A stretch of DNA of 64,000 nucleotides from a virus. Position 1 is the first letter of the stretch. Each line of letters starts with the position of its first letter. The translations under genes and the position numbers were made by a program. The notes below the pieces were generated by a model, which was not told the DNA's origin, did not search any database, and saw only the letters and a list, made by a program, of their open reading frames with translations. Below are positions 20,340 through 29,486 of this stretch, one piece after another. The stretch lies in the IMG/VR virus record IMGVR_UViG_3300045918_000470, positions 1 through 64,000 of that record. One strand, written 5' to 3'.

Positions 20340-20963
20340 ATGAAAAAATCTTTAGGACATCCTCCTAAACCGAAAAAATATGTGAAGCCAACTTTAGGAC
20401 ATCCTCCTAAACCCGATCTAAAACATCGGCTACCAGGTGCCGATGGATTACCAGTCCATAATCAGCATGGAGATACAAGTAAAGATTTTCAATTATTAAA
20501 ACATGGATATGACAGTCCTACAAAATTTGAAGTAGAGATACAGGCACCATCTGGTGGGTTATTCATTACCCGCACTGAGATGATTCAAGCTTTGAAAACT
20601 ATTAATATTCCTCAGTTTAATGATGAAAGTATCGAGACATTTTTTAATAATCAATGGGTTTTTGCACGTGGACGCTCATCAATATTTCAGATTCAACTTA
20701 CATTAAAAAATATTAACTCAATGGATCTATACCAAAAATGTCTTAATATGATGAATGATAATATTGGAAAATACCCTGCTGATCAATATTTTACTATAAA
20801 GGTAACATATACGGGTACATATGAAAACGATACTCATAAAACAATCACATTTCATAAATGTATGATGTCTAATTTATCGGATCTATCATTCGATCATAGT
20901 GCAGCAAATTCAACAATGGACTTCTCTGTAGGGTTTAAATCTAACAGTATGATAATGTCATAA
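20340..20963 (+). CDS. Tube-fold baseplate/tube initiator (gp54/gp19-like)
   Basis: PTKFEVEI..INIPQ..SNLSDLSFD..MDFSVGF; AGGAG RBS before ATG 20340; duplicated LGHPPKP. Confidence 0.55.
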   Translation: MKKSLGHPPKPKKYVKPTLGHPPKPDLKHRLPGADGLPVHNQHGDTSKDFQLLKHGYDSPTKFEVEIQAPSGGLFITRTEMIQALKTINIPQFNDESIETFFNNQWVFARGRSSIFQIQLTLKNINSMDLYQKCLNMMNDNIGKYPADQYFTIKVTYTGTYENDTHKTITFHKCMMSNLSDLSFDHSAANSTMDFSVGFKSNSMIMS

Positions 20964-20990
20964 ATAAAATAATACACACAAAGGAATACT

Positions 20991-21665
20991 ATGCTACCTA
21001 AAGCAGAAACACGTTACTACGACTATGAGATCAATGCAAAATCAATTGAATTCAGAGCATGGAAAACAAAGGACGAGAAAGAATTTCTCGTTATGCAAGC
21101 ATCTAAAGATGAGATGACCGATCAAGATATTTTTGAGATTCTTGTTAAACCATGTTTAAAAGATCCTACAGTATCACTGACTGAAGGTGAGAAACAACTT
21201 GTTATGCTTGAAATCAGAAAACGATCATTTGGTGAATCTGTTGACGTACAATACATGTGTGGTGCATGTAAAAAATACAACGAGACAAAATTAAACATCA
21301 ATAAAATTGTATCATACAAACCATTTAAACTTGAAGCAGTTTCAAAAGATGGTATAGTTGTTAATTTCAAAGATACAATCAATATCAATCTTCTAAAAGG
21401 TTTCGAAGGTTCAACACTGAATTATCAAAGATTTTTATTGCACGTTGCATCACTAACAATTGATAATCAAGTTTACAAAGATTTCAGTATCGAAGAATTA
21501 GGTGAATATTTTGATAATCTTGAAGCAGAGACATTTGATTATTTCTTCGCTGAACTACAAGAACAGATGGAACAGGTAACATATGGTTCAACTGTAAAAT
21601 GTATGTTCTGTAATGCAGAACAAGATATCGGATTAGGCGACCTCCCAAATTTGTTTCCATGGTAA
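20991..21665 (+). CDS. gp26: Baseplate hub assembly protein (gp26-like)
   Basis: FRAWKTKDEKEFL..LEIRKRSFGESV..CGAC..CMFC. Confidence 0.7.
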   Translation: MLPKAETRYYDYEINAKSIEFRAWKTKDEKEFLVMQASKDEMTDQDIFEILVKPCLKDPTVSLTEGEKQLVMLEIRKRSFGESVDVQYMCGACKKYNETKLNINKIVSYKPFKLEAVSKDGIVVNFKDTININLLKGFEGSTLNYQRFLLHVASLTIDNQVYKDFSIEELGEYFDNLEAETFDYFFAELQEQMEQVTYGSTVKCMFCNAEQDIGLGDLPNLFPW

Positions 21666-21820
21666 TTACGAGTACCTCGCTCGAAAATCTTTATAATTAT
21701 TATAATGTAATGAAATTTTACGGAAATTATAGTACGTTTGAGATTGACGATATGTATCCATTCGAGCGAGAGATTTATCATGGATTACTGTTCGAAACTC
21801 GTAAAAAGAATATGGAATAA
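21659..21820 (+). CDS. Small gp51-like hub assembly ORF (53 aa), in the -1 frame relative to gp26
   Basis: MVITSTSLENLYNYYNVMKFYGNYSTFEIDDMYPFEREIYHGLL; contains the MxPxEREIY motif; not in the ORF track. Confidence 0.7.
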   Translation: MVITSTSLENLYNYYNVMKFYGNYSTFEIDDMYPFEREIYHGLLFETRKKNME

Positions 21821-21841
21821 ATAATAAAAAAGGATTGATAT

Positions 21842-22114
21842 ATGGCAACTTTTGAAGGCACAGTAGTTTTACATGGGGAAGATATTAAAAAAGATTTCAT
21901 TGTTTTAAAAGGTGATTCTGCATATCTTAAAATAATATTGACATTAATAGACCCTGCTTATGTGTTGATGCCTAAAATCACTAATGATGCATTTCTTAAA
22001 AAAATTATGTCAGGAAATAACCTAAAGATTATTAAAATTGCATTATCAAAAGCATCAATCCCTAAAGAAGTTCTTGTACAAATCCTTACATTTGCAGATA
22101 TAAAAAAATTATAG
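21842..22114 (+). CDS. Hypothetical protein
   Basis: ORF with AAGGA RBS. Confidence 0.55.
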   Translation: MATFEGTVVLHGEDIKKDFIVLKGDSAYLKIILTLIDPAYVLMPKITNDAFLKKIMSGNNLKIIKIALSKASIPKEVLVQILTFADIKKL

Positions 22115-22122
22115 GAGATTAT

Positions 22123-22362
22123 ATGAAAGTAAAAGTAAACGGAAAGTTAAAAACGATAACTATAACTCCTCAAACAAACGATGAGAAGGATATGATGAAA
22201 TTAATTGTAGCCTTTGCGGACAAAGATGCAGTAATATTCCCAACATTTTCAAAAGGTGCATTGACATCATTCGCATCATTTTTTGTTAATAAGATTGTTA
22301 TTGATATGACACATAAAACAATCACTAAAGAATTTATTCAAACATTATTAAGACTATCATAA
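22123..22362 (+). CDS. Hypothetical protein
   Basis: ORF with AGGAG RBS. Confidence 0.55.
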   Translation: MKVKVNGKLKTITITPQTNDEKDMMKLIVAFADKDAVIFPTFSKGALTSFASFFVNKIVIDMTHKTITKEFIQTLLRLS

Positions 22363-22380
22363 GGTAAAGGAGTTCATTCA

Positions 22381-25300
22381 ATGACAGATGTAATATTAAC
22401 CCACAAGAATGAACTCAAAGAAGCTTTTGAAGAAATTCTTGATAAACGTGAAAGTAAAAATTCTTCACGTGTTGATGAAAAAGATGATAAAAAATCTGAT
22501 TCTATATGGTCAAAATTCACTGGAAAAAAAGATGATAAACCTTCTGATACTATTGTTGCAGAAGCATTAAAAGAGCCACTTAAAAATGATAAAACAATTA
22601 TTGATGAGATAAAAGAAAATAATCATCTCCTTAAAAAAATTGATAAAAAACTCAAGAAATTATTGAGTGGAAAAGTAAAAGGTCATGACCCACGCCTTAG
22701 TTTTGATAATAACATTGGTGGTGGAAAATCATCAGGAAGTTTATTCAAGACGGTAAAAGGTTTAGGAAAAGCTGATCAGACAATCAAACCTACTGCAGGT
22801 GGTGGGTTAGGTTTGCTTGATCTTGCCGAGGGGGCTGCAGCTTGGAAAGGTGCAAAATCATTATTTCAAAAAGCACCTAAGGTTGCACCTAAAGTTCCTA
22901 ATGTTAAACCAGACTCATGGTCTAAAGTTGCATCAGCAGAATCAACAGTTTCAAAACTAGCACCAGCAGAGGGTGTAATTTCTAAAGCTGCACCTGCTGC
23001 AATTGAAGATGCCGGAATGATGTCAAAAGGATTAGGCACTGCAGGTAAAATTGCTGGTAAGGTGGCTGTTCCATTAACTGGATTAGTTGCAGGATATGAC
23101 AAATACTCTCAGATCAAGGATGATAAAAACCTAAACGGTGGTCAGAAAACAGCTCAAGTTGTTGCAACTGGTGGTGGAGCAATGGCTGGTGCCGCAGGTG
23201 GAGCAATGGCTGGTGCCGCACTTGGGAGTGTCGTTCCCATTGTAGGAACTGCCATTGGTGGTATTCTTGGTGGTATTGCAGGTGCATATCTTGGACAAAA
23301 AGGTGGGGAAGCAGTAGGTAATGTTGCTAGCGATGCATTAGCAGATGATCCTAAAAAAGTTCTCGGAAAAACACCTGAAGGAAAAGCGATCCTTGGTGTA
23401 CAGACATCATTAAATCGTGTTGAACGTAAAGTAAATACTTTAATTGCAAAAAAAGCTATTGATTTTAAAGGAACATATTCAGGTAAAGATCCTAAAAAAT
23501 TAGGTGATACTGAAAAAACAGAAACCCCTGCAGATGTTGCACCTAAAAAAGAGGAAGAAGGAAAAGGATTTTTCGGTACTATTTCAAGTGGAATTCAATC
23601 ATTTGCTCATAGCGCAGCAACCGTAGGTAAAGATGCATGGGACGCAGCGAAAAAACTTGGCGGTCAAGGAATTGATAAACTTTCATCGTATTTTGAATCT
23701 GGTAACAAAGGTGCTGGTGCAATATCATCAGGTCGTGGTGATCACGGCGGTGCATCATATGGTACACATCAATTCGCATCTGCTAATGGTTCTTTACAAG
23801 GATACCTTCAGAATTCTAAATACGGTAAAGAATTCAATGGGTTGGCACCAGGATCTGCTGAGTTCAATTCTAAATGGAAAGATATAGCTGATAAAGATCC
23901 TAAAGGGTTTGAGGCAGATCAGGCACAATATACAACTGCAAAATATTTTGTACCACAACAGAAAAAACTTGCAGATGCTGGCCTTGATGTTTCTAAACGA
24001 TCAAAAGCATTACAATCTGCTGTTTATTCTGCAAGTGTTCAATTTGGTGGAAATTCAGATATAATTTTAAATGCACTTAAAGCACAAAATATAGATCCAA
24101 AATCTGCAAAAGATGAAGATATCATTAATGCAATATATCAATACAAGATGGATAATAATTCAACATTATTCAAAAGTTCAAGTACTGCAGTTCAACAAGG
24201 AACATTAAATCGTGCAGCAACTGAAAAACAAACAGTACTAAATACATTACAAGAGGAAAGAAAAAATCCTAATTCAGGTGCCCAGACACCTGCTCAAGCA
24301 TCAAAACCATCAGTTGCTAAAAAACCAGGAACCGTAGGAAGTAATCGTCCTAAGATGACAATGGGTACTAATTCATCACCTTCAACACCAGGAATGAATA
24401 GAGGATCAGGTCGTGGTCAAGGTACAAGTATTTTCAGTGGAATCAGCTCAGGTTTAAGTTCCTTTTTCAAACCAATGGTTCCAGGTTTCATGGCAGGTGT
24501 TGATAGAACAACATCAGCCCTAGGAGCTGGTTATGATGCTATTAAAAGTTTTGTTGGTAATGCATTAAAACCGGCAGATCCAAGCGTTAATATAAGCGGT
24601 GTTCAACCAGCAGTTTTGGGAAATTTAAATGCAATGGCATCGGATTATGCAAAACGAACTGGACAACCATTACAAATCAATTCAGGTTATCGTGCATCAG
24701 CAAAACAAGCTGCATTGTATCAAGCAGATCTTGCTAAAAATGGAGGCCAACCATCAGGTAAAGTGGCACCTCCTGGTTCATCTCTTCATAACTATGGAAT
24801 GGCTGTAGATGTCAATTCAACAGCAGGTAACTACTTACAACAGTCAGGTATGCTAGATGCATATGGATTTACAAGACCGATGCCTGGTGAACCTTGGCAT
24901 TTAGAACCAAAAGGTATTAATAGAACAAACGTCAAAAACAACCCTGCCGGGGAGGCTGCAAAGGTTCAACAGAATGCAAAACCAGCGGTTGCTATTAAAG
25001 ATGTGAAACCACCACAATCAGGTGGTAATGATGTATCTAAACGTAAAACAGAAAGTGCTGGTCCTCCTGATAAAGGTTTCCAGGCACTTGTAGCAAAGAA
25101 AAAACCACAAACAGCTACTGCTTCCGTAGCAAGTTCCTCAGGAGGTTCGCCTAAGACCCCTGCACCCGTTGTTGCAAAACCATCAGGATTAGCAGGCAAC
25201 GTTGTTAAACCAACAGGAACGCCGGGGGTAACCCCGGTAGTTGTTGATAATACACCAACAGATGCATCAGCATCAGCGCCATCATCAAGTGGTTCATTAG

Positions 25301-25527
25301 CCAATGTATGTAATGCAACCCCATTAGCTGTAACACCTAGTGCAGATATAAAAGTATCATCACAAAATGATAAACTGGATTCAACTGCAGATAAACCTCA
25401 GGCACCTGTTGTGATAAATAATACTAATAACACATCTAGTCAAGGCGAGAATAAAGGTTCATCTGAATTTGGTATGAGTCAAGTTGCAGGTCCAAATCCT
25501 TATACAATTGCTTTAATGACATTTTAA
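22381..25527 (+). CDS. Tape-measure/hub-like protein with lysozyme-like and peptidase M15 domains
   Basis: Gly/Ala hydrophobic segment; FESGNKG..DHGGASYGTHQF; INSGYR..APPGSSLHNYGMAVD..EPWH. Confidence 0.7.
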   Translation: MTDVILTHKNELKEAFEEILDKRESKNSSRVDEKDDKKSDSIWSKFTGKKDDKPSDTIVAEALKEPLKNDKTIIDEIKENNHLLKKIDKKLKKLLSGKVKGHDPRLSFDNNIGGGKSSGSLFKTVKGLGKADQTIKPTAGGGLGLLDLAEGAAAWKGAKSLFQKAPKVAPKVPNVKPDSWSKVASAESTVSKLAPAEGVISKAAPAAIEDAGMMSKGLGTAGKIAGKVAVPLTGLVAGYDKYSQIKDDKNLNGGQKTAQVVATGGGAMAGAAGGAMAGAALGSVVPIVGTAIGGILGGIAGAYLGQKGGEAVGNVASDALADDPKKVLGKTPEGKAILGVQTSLNRVERKVNTLIAKKAIDFKGTYSGKDPKKLGDTEKTETPADVAPKKEEEGKGFFGTISSGIQSFAHSAATVGKDAWDAAKKLGGQGIDKLSSYFESGNKGAGAISSGRGDHGGASYGTHQFASANGSLQGYLQNSKYGKEFNGLAPGSAEFNSKWKDIADKDPKGFEADQAQYTTAKYFVPQQKKLADAGLDVSKRSKALQSAVYSASVQFGGNSDIILNALKAQNIDPKSAKDEDIINAIYQYKMDNNSTLFKSSSTAVQQGTLNRAATEKQTVLNTLQEERKNPNSGAQTPAQASKPSVAKKPGTVGSNRPKMTMGTNSSPSTPGMNRGSGRGQGTSIFSGISSGLSSFFKPMVPGFMAGVDRTTSALGAGYDAIKSFVGNALKPADPSVNISGVQPAVLGNLNAMASDYAKRTGQPLQINSGYRASAKQAALYQADLAKNGGQPSGKVAPPGSSLHNYGMAVDVNSTAGNYLQQSGMLDAYGFTRPMPGEPWHLEPKGINRTNVKNNPAGEAAKVQQNAKPAVAIKDVKPPQSGGNDVSKRKTESAGPPDKGFQALVAKKKPQTATASVASSSGGSPKTPAPVVAKPSGLAGNVVKPTGTPGVTPVVVDNTPTDASASAPSSSGSLANVCNATPLAVTPSADIKVSSQNDKLDSTADKPQAPVVINNTNNTSSQGENKGSSEFGMSQVAGPNPYTIALMTF

Positions 25528-25536
25528 GGATAATAT

Positions 25537-26415
25537 ATGAATGGTTTAATTGAGTCAGGTGCAACAGCAACTAAGAACAAACACACCAATAAAACAAAAT
25601 CATCTGCATTTACTGGTTATAAATTTCCAACGGCGGCTACAAGTAATAAACTGGGGGATCTAGGTATAATAATTGGGGCGTTTAATGAGAAAGAGGAAGA
25701 TAGAAAAGGTAATAAACAATACAATAAGACAGATTCAAAAGCAAATTTTCAAAGCGCTGTTCTTCTTCCTATGCCCAATTCAATACAAGACGCACAAGGT
25801 CACCTTTGGCAAGAATATTCTGTAACAGATATGATAGGTGAAGGAGTAGCAGCAGCAGGTGATGCTGTTTCTAGTTTCGGTGGGGCTCGAGGTGCAATGG
25901 TTGGTTCGTTCATAAAAGGTGCCGGTGCAGCAATGCAGACATCAGGCACAGCAAATAAACTAGCTAGACGAGTTACTGGTATTGGACTAGATCCTAATAC
26001 ACGTCTTGAATACACCGGCGAAGCTATGCGAGAATTTACTTTTAATTTCACTATGATTCCAGAATCACAGGCGGATTCTGAGGCAATAAGAAATATAATA
26101 AAATTTTTCAGGGTAAATGGTACAGGTGCTACAACATTAGGTGGTGATAGTGATGGTTCAGTAACAACTGGATTGGATAAAACTACAATATCTGATCTTC
26201 ATGCATTTATAACAGAGCCTGGTTGGTTCACGATTGATTTTAGAAACAAGTATCTAAATTCTATGTTTATGCCTGATCAAATGGTGTTAACAGCATTCAG
26301 TACATCATTATTTGAAGATGGATATGCCGCATTCTTTGATGATCAATCACCTAAAAAAGTTTCTATGTCAATGACATTTAAAGAACGTATTCCTAAATAT
26401 CAAAATAGCTGGTAA
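25537..26415 (+). CDS. gp48: Baseplate tail tube cap (gp48-like)
   Basis: LPMPNSIQD..W..DPNTRLEY..MREFTFNFTMIPES..MTFKE. Confidence 0.75.
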   Translation: MNGLIESGATATKNKHTNKTKSSAFTGYKFPTAATSNKLGDLGIIIGAFNEKEEDRKGNKQYNKTDSKANFQSAVLLPMPNSIQDAQGHLWQEYSVTDMIGEGVAAAGDAVSSFGGARGAMVGSFIKGAGAAMQTSGTANKLARRVTGIGLDPNTRLEYTGEAMREFTFNFTMIPESQADSEAIRNIIKFFRVNGTGATTLGGDSDGSVTTGLDKTTISDLHAFITEPGWFTIDFRNKYLNSMFMPDQMVLTAFSTSLFEDGYAAFFDDQSPKKVSMSMTFKERIPKYQNSW

Positions 26416-26418
26416 AAT

Positions 26419-27243
26419 ATGAAATCAAGAATACAATATAATAATTCAATTGTTAATCATCAGAAAAAACAATATCAATTTACCAATTTCACACGTGATT
26501 TACATAGGATTCCTGATGAATTTTATGCAACAAATATGTACAATAATGTGCTTGTTGAAGATGATCTAACTTTTGAATTATGTTCAGAAGGGATATATAA
26601 GAAATCTGATTATTGGGATCTTCTTATGTTATATAATAATATAACAAACCCTCTTGCATTACCTAAGTCAGCATATACAATTGAAGCAATTGTAGATTCA
26701 AGACTAAATAGTTGGTTATCGAGATATATACTAAAAGGTAATGATTTAGATATTCCAGATATAACCATTAAAGATAATGTGTGGTATATCTTTGTACCCG
26801 ATCAAAATGCAACTGATAGCGCAAATGCAGATTTAATTCAAAAAGTATCATCAATAAATGCGAGTATAGGTAATCTTACAAAAGATCTATCACGTATGGA
26901 AACTGAATATGAATCTATAAAAAATGATTCGAGCGATTTTGGTGGTTATAAGCGAAAAATTTTAAGAACAGATATTAATGATACTCGTGATAAAATATTC
27001 AAATTTCAACAAGATATAATGGATATTGAAGATGAAGGAATTAATATAAAAGGTACATGGAATCCTATTCGCCAAAAAGATCTTGATAAATTATTATCTA
27101 AAAGTGCAAGCACAATGGTAAAACAGGTTTATATAAAGTTGATGAACGATGCTTTAAAAGAAAATGAGAAACATAGATATTTAAAATTCCCAAAAATTGA
27201 ATATATTGCACGGATGTTAGATTACATTAATAAAGGTACATAA
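26419..27243 (+). CDS. gp53: Baseplate wedge protein (gp53-like) with coiled-coil insert
   Basis: ELCSEGIY..YWDLLMLYNNITNP..LP; C-terminal ENEKHRYLK. Confidence 0.7.
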   Translation: MKSRIQYNNSIVNHQKKQYQFTNFTRDLHRIPDEFYATNMYNNVLVEDDLTFELCSEGIYKKSDYWDLLMLYNNITNPLALPKSAYTIEAIVDSRLNSWLSRYILKGNDLDIPDITIKDNVWYIFVPDQNATDSANADLIQKVSSINASIGNLTKDLSRMETEYESIKNDSSDFGGYKRKILRTDINDTRDKIFKFQQDIMDIEDEGINIKGTWNPIRQKDLDKLLSKSASTMVKQVYIKLMNDALKENEKHRYLKFPKIEYIARMLDYINKGT

Positions 27244-28451
27244 TGAAAGCAAGTCCATTATCGGAATTATACACAAAAGACAGTCAATTATTTTTCATGA
27301 GCAAAAAAGGTGAGAAATATTTTATTGAAATTTCGTGGTTAGATAGATTAGAAATTCATTGGAATATGTTATCTATGTCAGGAGTTGTAGGTGCAACAAT
27401 GACATTTGCCGATCATCTTTCTTTCAATGAATCTATTCCGCTCGAAAAAGGCATATCTTTTGAGATGAGTCTTGCGGACACGAGCAAAAACAAATTTAAA
27501 TATGTATTTGTAATTACTGATATTAAAGTAGAAACTGTTAATAAGACAAGAAAAAATATATCGCTTGCAATGATGGACCCGTACTCATTTAATATGATCA
27601 AGACATTTCATAGTAAAGGATATAATCAGAAAAGAACTGATGAGATCATTAATGATATGTGTCTACTAGATGAGGACATTAAACTTTATGATAAAATTAA
27701 TGGTGTTCATGAATGGAATTCAGGTGTTACCACATTACCGACAGGCAAATATTGCAAAACTTATAGTTATGTTACTAGCGGAAAGAAAAGTTCATTTAGA
27801 AACATTAAAGAAAAATGTTATGAAGAAGGGATTCTTGCATACACGGATCGTGAAGCACGAAAATATGTTTTTCTAAATGATATGTTTAAGGATAAGGAAC
27901 CTCGCACTGATATATATCATCAAGTTGCCGGTAATGATGATTACATATATAAAATTGACGAGATTAAAAAAGTACCACCTGGGAATATCGATTTATTAGA
28001 CCCTGCATTGAAAAAAGAATGGTTTTCCCCGTGGTATGGTGCGCCACAAACTGTTGATATTGATCTACCTAAATATGAACTAGATTTTGAATATAAAAAG
28101 AAGATTTCTAAGGTTATTGATTATCACGGACAGATAGGTCAGAATGCAACAAGATTAAATGATGTATCCCCGGAAGGTAGAATCATCCATTCATATCTTT
28201 CAAAAGCTCTTCAACGAAACCAAATACTTATTTTAATTTATGGTGATTTTACATTAAATTTAGGTGAGTTAATAGAGACACAGATTTATTCAACGGGCGG
28301 AAAGATCGATGAAATTGATCAGGAAGTATCGGGGGTGTGGATGGTAACAGAAATTGTTGATGCTATTCACCCACCATCATTTTATCAAGTAGTTACTTTA
28401 TCAAGACCAAGAATAATGAAGAAAGATCATGCCCCGATTAAACCCAAATGA
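27243..28451 (+). CDS. Baseplate hub protein (gp27-like)
   Basis: Position before gp5; C-terminal IYGDFTLNLGE..SGVWMVTEIVD. Confidence 0.55.
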   Translation: MKASPLSELYTKDSQLFFMSKKGEKYFIEISWLDRLEIHWNMLSMSGVVGATMTFADHLSFNESIPLEKGISFEMSLADTSKNKFKYVFVITDIKVETVNKTRKNISLAMMDPYSFNMIKTFHSKGYNQKRTDEIINDMCLLDEDIKLYDKINGVHEWNSGVTTLPTGKYCKTYSYVTSGKKSSFRNIKEKCYEEGILAYTDREARKYVFLNDMFKDKEPRTDIYHQVAGNDDYIYKIDEIKKVPPGNIDLLDPALKKEWFSPWYGAPQTVDIDLPKYELDFEYKKKISKVIDYHGQIGQNATRLNDVSPEGRIIHSYLSKALQRNQILILIYGDFTLNLGELIETQIYSTGGKIDEIDQEVSGVWMVTEIVDAIHPPSFYQVVTLSRPRIMKKDHAPIKPK

Positions 28452-28472
28452 ATAAATAATTAAAAAGGGGAT

Positions 28473-29477
28473 ATGATGGATGATTTTCAAAGATTAAAAG
28501 AAAGCGTTCACCCTAATCATACCTTCTATCGTGCCGTAGTCGAAGATAACAATGATCCTGAGATGTTAAATCGTTGCAAAGTACGAATAGTTAATATCCA
28601 TACATCGGATAAGAAGCTAATGCCTACGGATTCATTACCTTGGGCAGAACTTATGTTCCCAACAACACGAGGTTCACAATCAATACCATTACCTGGTCAA
28701 TGGGTATGGTTATTTTTAGATCAAGGACGTGAAGATAGACCTATTGTTATTGGTACGATCACAACTATTGGTGCTGGTAAACCAGATATTACTAAAGGAT
28801 TTTGTGACCCATCAGGAACATATCCTAAAGCTAATGATTATAATTCTCCAACAACTCACAGATTTTCACGTGTTCAGGAATTGGATAAAACACCAAACAA
28901 AACAATTAATGATACGTTGTCTGAGACAAATACTACGATTGGTTCAGGACCCGATAAAGTTGATGTTAAATTTAAACAAAAACCATCAACAAATGATAAA
29001 TCAAAATACCCATCAGTAAATGTTCAAGAAACTGCCGGTGGACATCTGTATGAAACTGATGATACCCCTGGAAATATGCGTATTCGTCAATTTCATACAA
29101 CGGGAACATATTGGGAAATTGAAAATTCAGGTACATACACATTTAAGTCAAAAAATAATTATGAACTTTATGTAGATGTAAATATGATAACAAAGGTAAA
29201 AGGAACCAGTACAGTTCATATTACCGGTAACGTAACTGAGGTTATGGATGCAAATGAAGTAACACAAGTTCATGGAAATCAGACAAAATATGTAACTGGT
29301 AATGAGACGAATACTATTACAGGAAACTTCAAAGAAACTGTCAAAGGTAATGTTACAATCAATGTCACGGGAAAACACACTGAGAATGTCAAGGGTGGTA
29401 TAGATATTAATGGTAACCCAAAAGTTAAAATTCATGCATCAGCAGTTTATATTGACTCATTCGTTTATTTAGGATAA
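28473..29477 (+). CDS. gp5: Baseplate hub/needle gp5 (OB-fold and beta-helix, no lysozyme domain)
   Basis: AVVEDNNDP..RCKVRI..LPWA..PIVIG; ETAGGH..DDTPG..H; VxGN repeats. Confidence 0.88.
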   Translation: MMDDFQRLKESVHPNHTFYRAVVEDNNDPEMLNRCKVRIVNIHTSDKKLMPTDSLPWAELMFPTTRGSQSIPLPGQWVWLFLDQGREDRPIVIGTITTIGAGKPDITKGFCDPSGTYPKANDYNSPTTHRFSRVQELDKTPNKTINDTLSETNTTIGSGPDKVDVKFKQKPSTNDKSKYPSVNVQETAGGHLYETDDTPGNMRIRQFHTTGTYWEIENSGTYTFKSKNNYELYVDVNMITKVKGTSTVHITGNVTEVMDANEVTQVHGNQTKYVTGNETNTITGNFKETVKGNVTINVTGKHTENVKGGIDINGNPKVKIHASAVYIDSFVYLG

Positions 29478-29486
29478 AGGTAAAAA

